Positions 20,757 through 35,700 of a stretch of DNA of 64,000 bases are shown here, in pieces (the first letter of the stretch is position 1; each line of letters starts with the position of its first letter). Source of the DNA: Heptranchias perlo (lineage: Eukaryota); contig NW_027139272.1 of the NCBI RefSeq assembly GCF_035084215.1, positions 124,001 to 188,000 on the forward strand, read 5' to 3'. The translations under genes were made by a program, and so were the position numbers. Below the pieces are notes generated by a model. The model ran no database searches, was not told the DNA's origin, and saw nothing but the letters and a program-made list of their open reading frames with translations.

Positions 20757-23700
20757 GATCAATGGTGGGATTCCCCCCTGTCTGTCTGGTGTTTTGGTCA
20801 GTCTGGGAGCGGTCACTGATGGTGAGATTCCCCCCTGTCTGTCTGGTGTTTTGGTCAGTCTGGGAGCGGTGACTGATGGTGAGATTCCCCCTCTGTCTGT
20901 CTGGTGTTTTGGTCAGTCTGGGAGCGGTCACTGATGGTGAGATTCCCCCCTGTCTGTCTGGTGTTTTGGTCAGTCTGGGAGCGGTCACTGATGGTGAGAT
21001 TCCCCCCTGTCTGTCTGGTGTTTTGGTCAGTCTGGGAGCGGTGATTGATGGTGGGATTCCCCCCTGTCTGTCTGGTGTTTTGGTCAGTCTGGGAGCGGTG
21101 ATCGATGGTGGGATTCCCCTCTGTCTGTCTGGTGTTTTGGTCAGTCTGGGAGCGGTGACTGATGGTGAGATTCCCCCCTGTCTGTCTGGTGTTTTGGTCA
21201 GTCTGGGAGCGGTGACTGATGGTGAGATTCCCCTCTGTCTGTCTGGTGTTTTGGTCAGTCTGGGAGCGGTGATTGATGGTGAGATTCCCCCCTGTCTGTC
21301 TGGTGTTTTGGTCAGTCTGGGAGCGGTGATTGATGGTGAGATTCCCCCCTGTCTGTCTGGTGTTTTGGTCAGTCTGGGAGCGGTGATTGATGGTGAGATT
21401 CCCCCCTGTCTGTCTGGTGTTTTGGTCAGTCTGGGAGCGGTGATTGATGGTGAGATTCCCCTCTGTCTGTCTGGTGTTTTGGTCAGTCTGGGACAGGTGA
21501 TTGATGGTGAGATTCCCCCCTGTCTGTCTGGTGTTTTGGTCAGTCTGGGAGCGGTCTCTGATGGTGAGATTCCCCCCTGTCTGTCTGGTGTTTTGGTCAG
21601 TCTGGGAGCGGTGATTGATGGTGAGATTCCCCCCTGTCTGTCTGGTGTTTTGGTCAGTCTGGGAGCGGTGATTGATGGTGAGATTCCCCCCTGTCTGTCT
21701 GGTGTTTTGGTCAGTCTGGGACAGGTGATTGATGGTGAGATTCCCCCCTGTCTGTCTGGTGTTTTGGTCAGTCTGGGAGCGGTCTCTGATGGTGAGATTC
21801 CCCCCTGTCTGTCTGGTGTTTTGGTCAGTCTGGGACAGGTGATTGATGGTGAGATTACCCCCTGTCTGTCTGGTGTTTTGGTCAGTCTGGGAGCGGTGAT
21901 TGATGGTGAGATACCCCCCTGTCTGTCTGGTGTTTTGGTCAGTCTGGGAGCGGTGATTGATGGTGAGATTCCCCCCTGTCTGTCTGGTGTTTTGGTCAGT
22001 CTGGGAGCGGTGACTGATGGTGAGATTCCCCTCTGTCTGTCTGGTGTTTTGGTCAGTCTGGGAGCGGTGATCAATGGTGGGATTCCCCCCTGTCTGTCTG
22101 GTGTTTTGGTCAGTCTGGGAGCGGTGATTAATGGAGAGATTCCCCTCTGTCTGTCTGGTGTTTTGGTCAGTCTGGGAGCGGTGATTCATGGTGAGATTCC
22201 CCTCTGTCTGTCTGGTGTTTTGGTCAGTCTGGGAGCGGTGATCAATGGTGGGATTCCCCCCTGTCTGTCTGGTGTTTTGGTCAGTCTGGGAGCGGTGATT
22301 AATGGAGAGATTCCCCTCTGTCTGTCTGGTGTTTTGGTCAGTCTGGGAGCGGTGATTCATGGTGAGATTCCCCTCTGTCTGTCTGGTGTTTTGGTCAGTC
22401 TGGGAGCGGTGATTGATTGTGAGATTCCCCTCTGTCTGTCTGGTGTTTTGGTCAGTCTGGGAGCGGAGATTGATGGTGAGATTCCCCCCTGTCTGTCTGG
22501 TGTTTTGGTCAGTCTGGGAGCGGTGACTGATGGTGGGATTCCCCCCTGTCTGTCTGGTGTTTTGCTCAGTCTGGGAGCGGTGATTAATGGTGAGATTCCC
22601 CCCTGTCTGTCTGGTGTTTTGGTCAGTCTGGGAGCGGTGATTGATGGTGGGATTCTCCCCTGTCTGTCTGATGTTTTGGTCAGTCTGGGAGCGGTGATTC
22701 ATGGTGAGATTCCCCTCTGTCTGTCTGGTGTTTTGGTCAGTCTGGGAGCGGTGATTGATGGTGGGATTCTCCCCTGTCTGTCTGGTGTTTTGGTCAGTCT
22801 GGGAGCGGTGATTGATGGTGAGATTCCCCCCTGTCTGTCTGGTGTTTTGGTCAGTCTGGGAGCGGTGATTGATGGTGGGATTCTCCCCTGTCTGTCTGGT
22901 GTTTTGGTCAGTCTGGGAGCGGTGATTCATGGTGAGATTCCCCTCTGTCTGTCTGGTGTTTTGGTCAGTCTGGGAGCGGTGATTGATGGTGAGATTCCCC
23001 CCTGTCTGTCTGGTGTTTTGGTCAGTCTGGGAGCGGTGATTGATGGTGGGATTCTCCCCTGTCTGTCTGGTGTTTTGGTCAGTCTGGGAGCGGTGACTGA
23101 TGGTGGGATTCCCCTCTGTCTGTCTGGTGTTTTGGTCAGTCTGGGAGCGGTCACTGATGGTTAGATTCCCCTCTGTCTGTCTGGTGTTTTGGTCAGTCTG
23201 GGAGCGGTCACTGATGGTGAGATTCCCCCCTGTCTGTCTGGTGTTTTGGTCAGTCTGGGAGCGGTGACTGATGGTGGGATTCCCCTCTGTCTGTCTGGTG
23301 TTTTGTTCAGTCTGGGAGCGGTGACTGATGGTGAGATTCCCCTCTGTCTGTCTGGTGTTTTGGTCAGTCTGGGAGCGGTGACTGATGGTGAGATTCCCCC
23401 TCTGTCTGTCTGGTGTTTTGGTCAGTCTGGGAGCGGTGACTAATGGTGAGATTCCCCTCTGTCTGTCTGGTGTTTTGGTCAGTCTGGGAGCGGTGACTGA
23501 TGGTGAGATTCCCCTCTGTCTGTCTGGTGTTTTGGTCAGTCTGGGAGCGGTGACTGATGGTGAGATTCCCCTCTGTCTGTCTGGTGTTTTGGTCAGTCTG
23601 GGAGCGGTCACTGATGGTGAGATTCCCCTCTGTCTGTCTGGTGTTTTGGTCAGTCTGGGAGCGGTCACTGATGGTGAGATTCCCCCTCTGTCTGTCTGGT

Positions 23701-26700
23701 GTTTTGGTCAGTCTGGGAGCGGTCACTGATGGTGAGATTCCCCCCCGTGTCTGTCTGGTGTTTTGGTCAGTCTGGGAGTGGTGATTGATGGTGAGATTCC
23801 CCTCTGTCTGTCTGGTGTTTTGGTCAGTCTGGGAGCGGTGATTGATGGTGAGATTCCCCCCTGTCTGTCTGGTGTTTTGGTCAGTCTGGGAGCGGTGATT
23901 GATGGTGGGATTCCCCCCTGTCTGTCTGGTGTTTTGGTCAGTCTGGGAGCGGTGACTGATGGTGAGATTCCCCTCTGTCTGTCTGGTGTTTTGGTCAGTC
24001 TGGGAGCGGTCACTGATGGTGAGATTCCCCTCTGTCTGTCTGGTGTTTTGGTCAGTCTGGGAGCGGTCACTGATGGTGAGATTCCCCCTCTGTCTGTCTG
24101 GTGTTTTGGTCAGTCTGGGAGCGGTCACTGATGGTGAGATTCCCCCTTGTCTGTCTGGTGTTTTGGTCAGTCTGGGAGCGGTGATTGATGGTGAGATTCC
24201 CCTCTGTCTGTCTGGTGTTTTGGTCAGTCTGGGAGCGGTGATTGATGGTGAGATTCCCCTCTGTCTGTCTGGTGTTTTGGTCAGTCTGGGAGTGGTGATT
24301 GATGGTGAGATTCCGCCCTGTCTGTCTGGTGTTTTGGTCAGTCTGGGAGCGGTGATTGATGGTGGGATTCCCCCCTGTCTGTCTGGTGTTTTGGTCAGTC
24401 TGGGAGCGGTGATTGATGGTGAGATTCCCCCATGTCTGTCTGGTGTTTTGGTCAGTCTGGGAGCGGTGATTGATGGTGAGATTCCCCCCTGTCTGTCTGG
24501 TGTTTTGGTCAGTCTGGGAGCGGTGATTGATGGTGAGATTCCCCCATGTCTGTCTGGTGTTTTGGTCAGTCTGGGAGCGGTGACTGATGGTGAGATTCCC
24601 CTCTGTCTGTCTGGTGTTTTGGTCAGTCTGGGAGCGGTGATCAATGGTGGGATTCCCCCCTGTCTGTCTGGTGTTTTGGTCAGTCTGGGAGCGGTGATTA
24701 ATGGAGAGATTCCCCTCTGTCTGTCTGGTGTTTTGGTCAGTCTGGGAGCGGTGATTCATGGTGAGATTCCCCTCTGTCTGTCTGGTGTTTTGGTCAGTCT
24801 GGGAGCGGTGATCAATGGTGGGATTCCCCCCTGTCTGTCTGGTGTTTTGGTCAGTCTGGGAGCGGTGATTAATGGAGAGATTCCCCTCTGTCTGTCTGGT
24901 GTTTTGGTCAGTCTGGGATCGGTGATTCATGGTGAGATTCCCCTCTGTCTGTCTGGTGTTTTGGTCAGTCTGGGAGCGGTGATTGATTGTGAGATTCCCC
25001 TCTGTCTGTCTGGTGTTTTGGTCAGTCTGGGAGCGGAGATTGATGGTGAGATTCCCCCCTGTCTGTCTGGTGTTTTGGTCAGTCTGGGAGCGGTGACTGA
25101 TGGTGGGATTCCCCCCTGTCTGTCTGGTGTTTTGCTCAGTCTGGGAGCGGTGATTAATGGTGAGATTCCCCCCTGTCTGTCTGGTGTTTTGGTCAGTCTG
25201 GGAGCGGTGATTGATGGTGGGATTCTCCCCTGTCTGTCTGATGTTTTGGTCAGTCTGGGAGCGGTGATTCATGGTGAGATTCCCCTCTGTCTGTCTGGTG
25301 TTTTGGTCAGTCTGGGAGCGGTGATTGATGGTGGGATTCTCCCCTGTCTGTCTGGTGTTTTGGTCAGTCTGGGAGCGGTGATTGATGGTGAGATTCCCCC
25401 CTGTCTGTCTGGTGTTTTGGTCAGTCTGGGAGCGGTGATTGATGGTGGGATTCTCCCCTGTCTGTCTGGTGTTTTGGTCAGTCTGGGAGCGGTGATTCAT
25501 GGTGAGATTCCCCTCTGTCTGTCTGGTGTTTTGGTCAGTCTGGGAGCGGTGATTGATGGTGAGATTCCCCCCTGTCTGTCTGGTGTTTTGGTCAGTCTGG
25601 GAGCGGTGATTGATGGTGGGATTCTCCCCTGTCTGTCTGGTGTTTTGGTCAGTCTGGGAGCGGTGACTGATGGTGGGATTCCCCTCTGTCTGTCTGGTGT
25701 TTTGGTCAGTCTGGGAGCGGTCACTGATGGTTAGATTCCCCTCTGTCTGTCTGGTGTTTTGGTCAGTCTGGGAGCGGTCACTGATGGTGAGATTCCCCCC
25801 TGTCTGTCTGGTGTTTTGGTCAGTCTGGGAGCGGTGACTGATGGTGGGATTCCCCTCTGTCTGTCTGGTGTTTTGTTCAGTCTGGGAGCGGTCACTGATG
25901 GTGAGATTCCCCTCTGTCTGTCTGGTGTTTTGGTCAGTCTGGGAGCGGTGACTGATGGTGAGATTCCCCCTCTGTCTGTCTGGTGTTTTGGTCAGTCTGG
26001 GAGCGGTGACTGATGGTGAGATTCCCCTCTGTCTGTCTGGTGTTTTGGTCAGTCTGGGAGCGGTGACTGATGGTGAGATTCCCCTCTGTCTGTCTGGTGT
26101 TTTGGTCAGTCTGGGAGCGGTGACTGATGGTGAGATTCCCCTCTGTCTGTCTGGTGTTTTGGTCAGTCTGGGAGCGGTCACTGATGGTGAGATTCCCCTC
26201 TGTCTGTCTGGTGTTTTGGTCAGTCTGGGAGCGGTCACTGATGGTGAGATTCCCCCTCTGTCTGTCTGGTGTTTTGGTCAGTCTGGGAGCGGTCACTGAT
26301 GGTGAGATTCCCCCCCGTGTCTGTCTGGTGTTTTGGTCAGTCTGGGAGTGGTGATTGATGGTGAGATTCCCCTCTGTCTGTCTGGTGTTTTGGTCAGTCT
26401 GGGAGCGGTGATTGATGGTGAGATTCCCCCCTGTCTGTCTGGTGTTTTGGTCAGTCTGGGAGCGGTGATTGATGGTGGGATTCCCCCCTGTCTGTCTGGT
26501 GTTTTGGTCAGTCTGGGAGCGGTGACTGATGGTGAGATTCCCCTCTGTCTGTCTGGTGTTTTGGTCAGTCTGGGAGCGGTCACTGATGGTGAGATTCCCC
26601 TCTGTCTGTCTGGTGTTTTGGTCAGTCTGGGAGCGGTCACTGATGGTGAGATTCCCCCTCTGTCTGTCTGGTGTTTTGGTCAGTCTGGGAGCGGTCACTG

Positions 26701-29700
26701 ATGGTGAGATTCCTCCTTGTCTGTCTGGTGTTTTGGTCAGTCTGGGAGCGGTGATTGATGGTGAGATTCCCCTCTGTCTGTCTGGTGTTTTGGTCAGTCT
26801 GGGAGCGGTGATTGATGGTGAGATTCCCCTCTGTCTGTCTGGTGTTTTGGTCAGTCTGGGAGTGGTGATTGATGGTGAGATTCCGCCCTGTCTGTCTGGT
26901 GTTTTGGTCAGTCTGGGAGCGGTGATTGATGGTGGGATTCCCCCCTGTCTGTCTGGTGTTTTGGTCAGTCTGGGAGCGGTGATTGATGGTGAGATTCCCC
27001 CATGTCTGTCTGGTGTTTTGGTCAGTCTGGGAGCGGTGATTGATGGTGAGATTCCCCCCTGTCTGTCTGGTGTTTTGGTCAGTCTGGGAGCGGTGATTGA
27101 TGGTGAGATTCCCCCATGTCTGTCTGGTGTTTTGGTCAGTCTGGGAGCGGTGACTGATGGTGAGATTCCCCTCTGTCTGTCTGGTGTTTCGGTCAGTCTG
27201 GGAGCGGTGATTGATGGTGAGATTCCCCCCTGTCTGTCTGGTGTTTTGGTCAGTCTGGGAGCGGTGATTGATGGTGAGATTCCCCCATGTCTGTCTGGTG
27301 TTTTGGTCAGTCTGGGAGCGGTGATTGATGGTGGGATTCCCCTCTGTCTGTCTGGTGTTTTGGTCAGTCTGGGAGCGGTGATTGATGGTGAGATTCCCCC
27401 CTGTCTGTCTGGTGTTTTGGTCAGTCTGGGAGCGGTGATTGATGGTGAGATTCCCCTCTGTCTGTCTGGTGTTTTGGTCAGTCTGGGAGTGGTGACTGAT
27501 GGTGAGATTCCCCCTCTGTCTGTCTGGTGTTTTGGTCAGTCTGGGAGCGGTCACTGATGGTGAGATTCCCCCCCGTGTCTGTCTGGTGTTTTGGTCAGTC
27601 TGGGAGTGGTGATTGATGGTGAGATTCCCCTCTGTCTGTCTGGTGTTTTGGTCAGTCTGGGAGCGGTGATTGATGGTGAGATTCCCCCCTGTCTGTCTGG
27701 TGTTTTGGTCAGTCTGGGAGCGGTGATTGATGGTGGGATTCCCCCCTGTCTGTCTGGTGTTTTGGTCAGTCTGGGAGCGGTGACTGATGGTGAGATTCCC
27801 CTCTGTCTGTCTGGTGTTTTGGTCAGTCTGGGAGCGGTCACTGATGGTGAGATTCCCCTCTGTCTGTCTGGTGTTTTGGTCAGTCTGGGAGCGGTCACTG
27901 ATGGTGAGATTCCCCCTCTGTCTGTCTGGTGTTTTGGTCAGTCTGGGAGCGGTCACTGATGGTGAGATTCCCCCTTGTCTGTCTGGTGTTTTGGTCAGTC
28001 TGGGAGCGGTGATTGATGGTGAGATTCCCCTCTGTCTGTCTGGTGTTTTGGTCAGTCTGGGAGCGGTGATTGATGGTGAGATTCCCCTCTGTCTGTCTGG
28101 TGTTTTGGTCAGTCTGGGAGTGGTGATTGATGGTGAGATTCCGCCCTGTCTGTCTGGTGTTTTGGTCAGTCTGGGAGCGGTGATTGATGGTGGGATTCCC
28201 CCCTGTCTGTCTGGTGTTTTGGTCAGTCTGGGAGCGGTGATTGATGGTGAGATTCCCCCATGTCTGTCTCGTGTTTTGGTCAGTCTGGGAGCGGTGATTG
28301 ATGGTGAGATTCCCCCCTGTCTGTCTGGTGTTTTGGTCAGTCTGGGAGCAGTGATTGATGGTGAGATTCCCCCATGTCTGTCTGGTGTTTTGGTCAGTCT
28401 GGGAGCGGTGACTGATGGTGAGATTCCCCTCTGTCTGTCTGGTGTTTTGGTCAGTCTGGGAGCGGTGATTGATGGTGAGATTCCCCCCTGTCTGTCTGGT
28501 GTTTTGGTCAGTCTGGGAGCGGTGATTGATGGTGAGATTCCCCCATGTCTGTCTGGTGTTTTGGTCAGTCTGGGAGCGGTGATTGATGGTGGGATTCCCC
28601 TCTGTCTGTCTGGTGTTTTGGTCAGTCTGGGAGCGGTGATTGATGGTGAGATTCCCCCCTGTCTGTCTGGTGTTTTGGTCAGTCTGGGAGCGGTGATTGA
28701 TGGTGAGATTCCCCCATGTCTGTCTGGTGTTTTGGTCAGTCTGGGAGCGGTGATTGATGGTGAGATTCCCCCCTGTCTGTCTGGTGTTTTGGTCAGTCTG
28801 GGAGCGGTGATTGATGGTGAGATTCCCCCATGTCTGTCTGGTGTTTTGGTCAGTCTGGGAGCGGTGACTGATGGTGAGATTCCCCTCTGTCTGTCTGGTG
28901 TTTTGGTCAGTCTGGGAGCGGTGATTGATGGTGAGATTCCCCCCTGTCTGTCTGGTGTTTTGGTCAGTCTGGGAGCGGTGATTGATGGTGAGATTCCCCC
29001 ATGTCTGTCTGGTGTTTTGGTCAGTCTGGGAGCGGTGATTGATGGTGGGATTCCCCTCTGTCTGTCTGGTGTTTTGGTCAGTCTGGGAGCGGTGATTGAT
29101 GGTGAGATTCCCCCATGTCTGTCTGGTGTTTTGGTCAGTCTGGGAGCGGTGATTGATGGTGAGATTCCCCTCTGTCTGTCTGGTGTTTTGGTCAGTCTGG
29201 GAGCGGTCACTGATGGTGAGATTCCCCTCTGTCTGTCTGGTGTTTTGGTCAGTCTGGGAGCGGTGATTGAAGGTGAGATTCCCCCTCTGTCTGTCTGGTG
29301 TTTTGGTCAGTCTGGGAGCGGTCACTGATGGTGAGATTCCCCCTCTGTCTGTCTGGTGTTTTGGTCAGTCTGGGAGCGGTGACTGATGGTGAGATTCCCC
29401 CCTGTCTGTCTGGTGTTTTGGTCAGTCTGGGAGCGGTGATTGATGGTGAGATTCCCCCCTGTCTGTCTGGTGTTTTGGTCAGTCTGGGAGCGGTGACTGA
29501 TGGTGAGATTCCCCCTCTGTCTGTCTGGTGTTTTGGTCAGTCTGGGAGCGGTCACTGATGGTGAGATTCATCCCCGTGTCTGTCTGGTGTTTTGGTCAGT
29601 CTGGGAGTGGTGATTGATGGTGAGATTCCCCTCTGTCTGTCTGGTGTTTTGGTCAGTCTGGGAGCGGTGATTGATGGTGAGATTCCCCCCTGTCTGTCTG

Positions 29701-32700
29701 GTGTTTTGGTCAGTCTGGGAGCGGTGATTGATGGTGGGATTCCCCCCTGTCTGTCTGGTGTTTTGGTCAGTCTGGGAGCGGTGACTGATGGTGAGATTCC
29801 CCTCTGTCTGTCTGGTGTTTTGGTCAGTCTGGGAGCGGTCACTGATGGTGAGATTCCCCTCTGTCTGTCTGGTGTTTTGGTCAGTCTGGGAGCGGTCACT
29901 GATGGTGAGATTCCCCCTCTGTCTGTCTGGTGTTTTGGTCAGTCTGGGAGCGGTCACTGATGGTGAGATTCCCCCTTGTCTGTCTGGTGTTTTGGTCAGT
30001 CTGGGAGCGGTGATTGATGGTGAGATTCCCCTCTGTCTGTCTGGTGTTTTGGTCAGTCTGGGAGCGGTGATTGATGGTGAGATTCCCCTCTGTCTGTCTG
30101 GTGTTTTGGTCAGTCTGGGAGTGGTGATTGATGGTGAGATTCCGCCCTGTCTGTCTGGTGTTTTGGTCAGTCTGGGAGCGGTGACTGATGGTGAGATTCC
30201 CCTCTGTCTGTCTGGTGTTTTGGTCAGTCTGGGAGCGGTGATCAATGGTGGGATTCCCCCCTGTCTGTCTGGTGTTTTGGTCAGTCTGGGAGCGGTGATT
30301 AATGGAGAGATTCCCCTCTGTCTGTCTGGTGTTTTGGTCAGTCTGGGAGCGGTGATTGATGGTGAGATTCCCCTCTGTCTGTCTGGTGTTTTGGTCAGTC
30401 TGGGAGCGGTGATCAATGGTGGGATTCCCCCCTGTCTGTCTGGTGTTTTGGTCAGTCTGGGAGCGGTGATTAATGGAGAGATTCCCCTCTGTCTGTCTGG
30501 TGTTTTGGTCAGTCTGGGATCGGTGATTCATGGTGAGATTCCCCTCTGTCTGTCTGGTGTTTTGGTCAGTCTGGGAGCGGTGATTGATTGTGAGATTCCC
30601 CTCTGTCTGTCTGGTGTTTTGGTCAGTCTGGGAGCGGAGATTGATGGTGAGATTCCCCCCTGTCTGTCTGGTGTTTTGGTCAGTCTGGGAGCGGTGACTG
30701 ATGGTGGGATTCCCCCCTGTCTGTCTGGTGTTTTGCTCAGTCTGGGAGCGGTGATTAATGGTGAGATTCCCCCCTGTCTGTCTGGTGTTTTGGTCAGTCT
30801 GGGAGCGGTGATTGATGGTGGGATTCTCCCCTGTCTGTCTGATGTTTTGGTCAGTCTGGGAGCGGTGATTCATGGTGAGATTCCCCTCTGTCTGTCTGGT
30901 GTTTTGGTCAGTCTGGGAGCGGTGATTGATGGTGGGATTCTCCCCTGTCTGTCTGGTGTTTTGGTCAGTCTGGGAGCGGTGATTGATGGTGAGATTCCCC
31001 CCTGTCTGTCTGGTGTTTTGGTCAGTCTGGGAGCGGTGATTGATGGTGGGATTCTCCCCTGTCTGTCTGGTGTTTTGGTCAGTCTGGGAGCGGTGATTCA
31101 TGGTGAGATTCCCCTCTGTCTGTCTGGTGTTTTGGTCAGTCTGGGAGCGGTGATTGATGGTGAGATTCCCCCCTGTCTGTCTGGTGTTTTGGTCAGTCTG
31201 GGAGCGGTGATTGATGGTGGGATTCTCCCCTGTCTGTCTGGTGTTTTGGTCAGTCTGGGAGCGGTGACTGATGGTGGGATTCCCCTCTGTCTGTCTGGTG
31301 TTTTGGTCAGTCTGGGAGCGGTCACTGATGGTTAGATTCCCCTCTGTCTGTCTGGTGTTTTGGTCAGTCTGGGAGCGGTCACTGATGGTGAGATTCCCCC
31401 CTGTCTGTCTGGTGTTTTGGTCAGTCTGGGAGCGGTGACTGATGGTGGGATTCCCCTCTGTCTGTCTGGTGTTTTGTTCAGTCTGGGAGCGGTCACTGAT
31501 GGTGAGATTCCCCTCTGTCTGTCTGGTGTTTTGGTCAGTCTGGGAGCGGTGACTGATGGTGAGATTCCCCCTCTGTCTGTCTGGTGTTTTGGTCAGTCTG
31601 GGAGCGGTGACTGATGGTGAGATTCCCCTCTGTCTGTCTGGTGTTTTGGTCAGTCTGGGAGCGGTGACTGATGGTGAGATTCCCCTCTGTCTGTCTGGTG
31701 TTTTGGTCAGTCTGGGAGCGGTGACTGATGGTGAGATTCCCCTCTGTCCGTCTGGTGTTTTGGTCAGTCTGGGAGCGGTCACTGATGGTGAGATTCCCCT
31801 CTGTCTGTCTGGTGTTTTGGTCAGTCTGGGAGCGGTCACTGATGGTGAGATTCCCCCTCTGTCTGTCTGGTGTTTTGGTCAGTCTGGGAGCGGTCACTGA
31901 TGGTGAGATTCCCCCCCGTGTCTGTCTGGTGTTTTGGTCAGTCTGGGAGTGGTGATTGATGGTGAGATTCCCCTCTGTCTGTCTGGTGTTTTGGTCAGTC
32001 TGGGAGCGGTGATTGATGGTGAGATTCCCCCCTGTCTGTCTGGTGTTTTGGTCAGTCTGGGAGCGGTGATTGATGGTGGGATTCCCCCCTGTCTGTCTGG
32101 TGTTTTGGTCAGTCTGGGAGCGGTGACTGATGGTGAGATTCCCCTCTGTCTGTCTGGTGTTTTGGTCAGTCTGGGAGCGGTCACTGATGGTGAGATTCCC
32201 CTCTGTCTGTCTGGTGTTTTGGTCAGTCTGGGAGCGGTCACTGATGGTGAGATTCCCCCTCTGTCTGTCTGGTGTTTTGGTCAGTCTGGGAGCGGTCACT
32301 GATGGTGAGATTCCCCCTTGTCTGTCTGGTGTTTTGGTCAGTCTGGGAGCGGTGATTGATGGTGAGATTCCCCTCTGTCTGTCTGGTGTTTTGGTCAGTC
32401 TGGGAGCGGTGATTGATGGTGAGATTCCCCTCTGTCTGTCTGGTGTTTTGGTCAGTCTGGGAGTGGTGATTGATGGTGAGATTCCGCCCTGTCTGTCTGG
32501 TGTTTTGGTCAGTCTGGGAGCGGTGATTGATGGTGGGATTCCCCCCTGTCTGTCTGGTGTTTTGGTCAGTCTGGGAGCGGTGATTGATGGTGAGATTCCC
32601 CCATGTCTGTCTGGTGTTTTGGTCAGTCTGGGAGCGGTGATTGATGGTGAGATTCCCCCCTGTCTGTCTGGTGTTTTGGTCAGTCTGGGAGCGGTGATTG

Positions 32701-35700
32701 ATGGTGAGATTCCCCCATGTCTGTCTGGTGTTTTGGTCAGTCTGGGAGCGGTGACTGATGGTGAGATTCCCCTCTGTCTGTCTGGTGTTTCGGTCAGTCT
32801 GGGAGCGGTGATTGATGGTGAGATTCCCCCCTGTCTGTCTGGTGTTTTGGTCAGTCTGGGAGCGGTGATTGATGGTGAGATTCCCCCATGTCTGTCTGGT
32901 GTTTTGGTCAGTCTGGGAGCGGTGATTGATGGTGGGATTCCCCTCTGTCTGTCTGGTGTTTTGGTCAGTCTGGGAGCGGTGATTGATGGTGAGATTCCCC
33001 CCTGTCTGTCTGGTGTTTTGGTCAGTCTGGGAGCGGTGATTGATGGTGAGATTCCCCTCTGTCTGTCTGGTGTTTTGGTCAGTCTGGGAGCGGTCACTGA
33101 TGGTGAGATTCCCCCTCTGTCTGTCTGGTGTTTTGGTCAGTCTGGGAGCGGTCACTGATGGTGAGATTCCCCCCCGTGTCTGTCTGGTGTTTTGGTCAGT
33201 CTGGGAGTGGTGATTGATGGTGAGATTCCCCTCTGTCTGTCTGGTGTTTTGGTCAGTCTGGGAGCGGTGATTGATGGTGAGATTCCCCCCTGTCTGTCTG
33301 GTGTTTTGGTCAGTCTGGGAGCGGTGATTGATGGTGGGATTCCCCCCTGTCTGTCTGGTGTTTTGGTCAGTCTGGGAGCGGTGACTGATGGTGAGATTCC
33401 CCTCTGTCTGTCTGGTGTTTTGGTCAGTCTGGGAGCGGTCACTGATGGTGAGATTCCCCTCTGTCTGTCTGGTGTTTTGGTCAGTCTGGGAGCGGTCACT
33501 GATGGTGAGATTCCCCCTCTGTCTGTCTGGTGTTTTGGTCAGTCTGGGAGCGGTCACTGATGGTGAGATTCCCCCTTGTCTGTCTGGTGTTTTGGTCAGT
33601 CTGGGAGCGGTGATTGATGGTGAGATTCCCCTCTGTCTGTCTGGTGTTTTGGTCAGTCTGGGAGCGGTGATTGATGGTGAGATTCCCCTCTGTCTGTCTG
33701 GTGTTTTGGTCAGTCTGGGAGTGGTGATTGATGGTGAGATTCCGCCCTGTCTGTCTGGTGTTTTGGTCAGTCTGGGAGCGGTGATTGATGGTGGGATTCC
33801 CCCCTGTCTGTCTGGTGTTTTGGTCAGTCTGGGAGCGGTGATTGATGGTGAGATTCCCCCATGTCTGTCTCGTGTTTTGGTCAGTCTGGGAGCGGTGATT
33901 GATGGTGAGATTCCCCCCTGTCTGTCTGGTGTTTTGGTCAGTCTGGGAGCAGTGATTGATGGTGAGATTCCCCCATGTCTGTCTGGTGTTTTGGTCAGTC
34001 TGGGAGCGGTGACTGATGGTGAGATTCCCCTCTGTCTGTCTGGTGTTTTGGTCAGTCTGGGAGCGGTGATTGATGGTGAGATTCCCCCCTGTCTGTCTGG
34101 TGTTTTGGTCAGTCTGGGAGCGGTGATTGATGGTGAGATTCCCCCATGTCTGTCTGGTGTTTTGGTCAGTCTGGGAGCGGTGATTGATGGTGGGATTCCC
34201 CTCTGTCTGTCTGGTGTTTTGGTCAGTCTGGGAGCGGTGATTGATGGTGCGATTCCCCCCTGTCTGTCTGGTGTTTTGGTCAGTCTGGGAGCGGTGATTG
34301 ATGGTGAGATTCCCCCATGTCTGTCTGGTGTTTTGGTCAGTCTGGGAGCGGTGATTGATGGTGAGATTCCCCCCTGTCTGTCTGGTGTTTTGGTCAGTCT
34401 GGGAGCGGTGATTGATGGTGAGATTCCCCCATGTCTCTCTGGTGTTTTGGTCAGTCTGGGAGCGGTGACTGATGGTGAGATTCCCCTCTGTCTGTCTGGT
34501 GTTTTGGTCAGTCTGGGAGCGGTGATTGATGGTGAGATTCCCCCCTGTCTGTCTGGTGTTTTGGTCAGTCTGGGAGCGGTGATTGATGGTGAGATTCCCC
34601 CATGTCTGTCTGGTGTTTTGTTCAGTCTGGGAGCGGTGATTGATGGTGGGATTCCCCTCTGTCTGTCTGGTGTTTTGGTCAGTCTGGGAGCGGTGATTGA
34701 TGGTGAGATTCCCCCATGTCTGTCTGGTGTTTTGGTCAGTCTGGGAGCGGTGATTGATGGTGAGATTCCCCTCTGTCTGTCTGGTGTTTTGGTCAGTCTG
34801 GGAGCGGTCACTGATGGTGAGATTCCCCTCTGTCTGTCTGGTGTTTTGGTCAGTCTGGGAGCGGTCACTGATGGTGAGATTCCCCCTCTGTCTGTCTGGT
34901 GTTTTGGTCAGTCTGGGAGCGGTCACTGATGGTGAGATTCCCCCTTGTCTGTCTGGTGTTTTGGTCAGTCTGGGAGCGGTGATTGATGGTGAGATTCCCC
35001 TCTGTCTGTCTGGTGTTTTGGTCAGTCTGGGAGCGGTGATTGATGGTGAGATTCCCCTCTGTCTGTCTGGTGTTTTGGTCAGTCTGGGAGTGGTGATTGA
35101 TGGTGAGATTCCGCCCTGTCTGTCTGGTGTTTTGGTCAGTCTGGGAGCGGTGATTGATGGTGGGATTCCCCCCTGTCTGTCTGGTGTTTTGGTCAGTCTG
35201 GGAGCGGTGATTGATGGTGAGATTCCCCCATGTCTGTCTCGTGTTTTGGTCAGTCTGGGAGCGGTGATTGATGGTGAGATTCCCCCCTGTCTGTCTGGTG
35301 TTTTGGTCAGTCTGGGAGCAGTGATTGATGGTGAGATTCCCCCATGTCTGTCTGGTGTTTTGGTCAGTCTGGGAGCGGTGACTGATGGTGAGATTCCCCT
35401 CTGTCTGTCTGGTGTTTTGGTCAGTCTGGGAGCGGTGATTGATGGTGAGATTCCCCCCTGTCTGTCTGGTGTTTTGGTCAGTCTGGGAGCGGTGATTGAT
35501 GGTGAGATTCCCCCATGTCTGTCTGGTGTTTTGGTCAGTCTGGGAGCGGTGATTGATGGTGGGATTCCCCTCTGTCTGTCTGGTGTTTTGGTCAGTCTGG
35601 GAGCGGTGATTGATGGTGCGATTCCCCCCTGTCTGTCTGGTGTTTTGGTCAGTCTGGGAGCGGTGATTGATGGTGAGATTCCCCCATGTCTGTCTGGTGT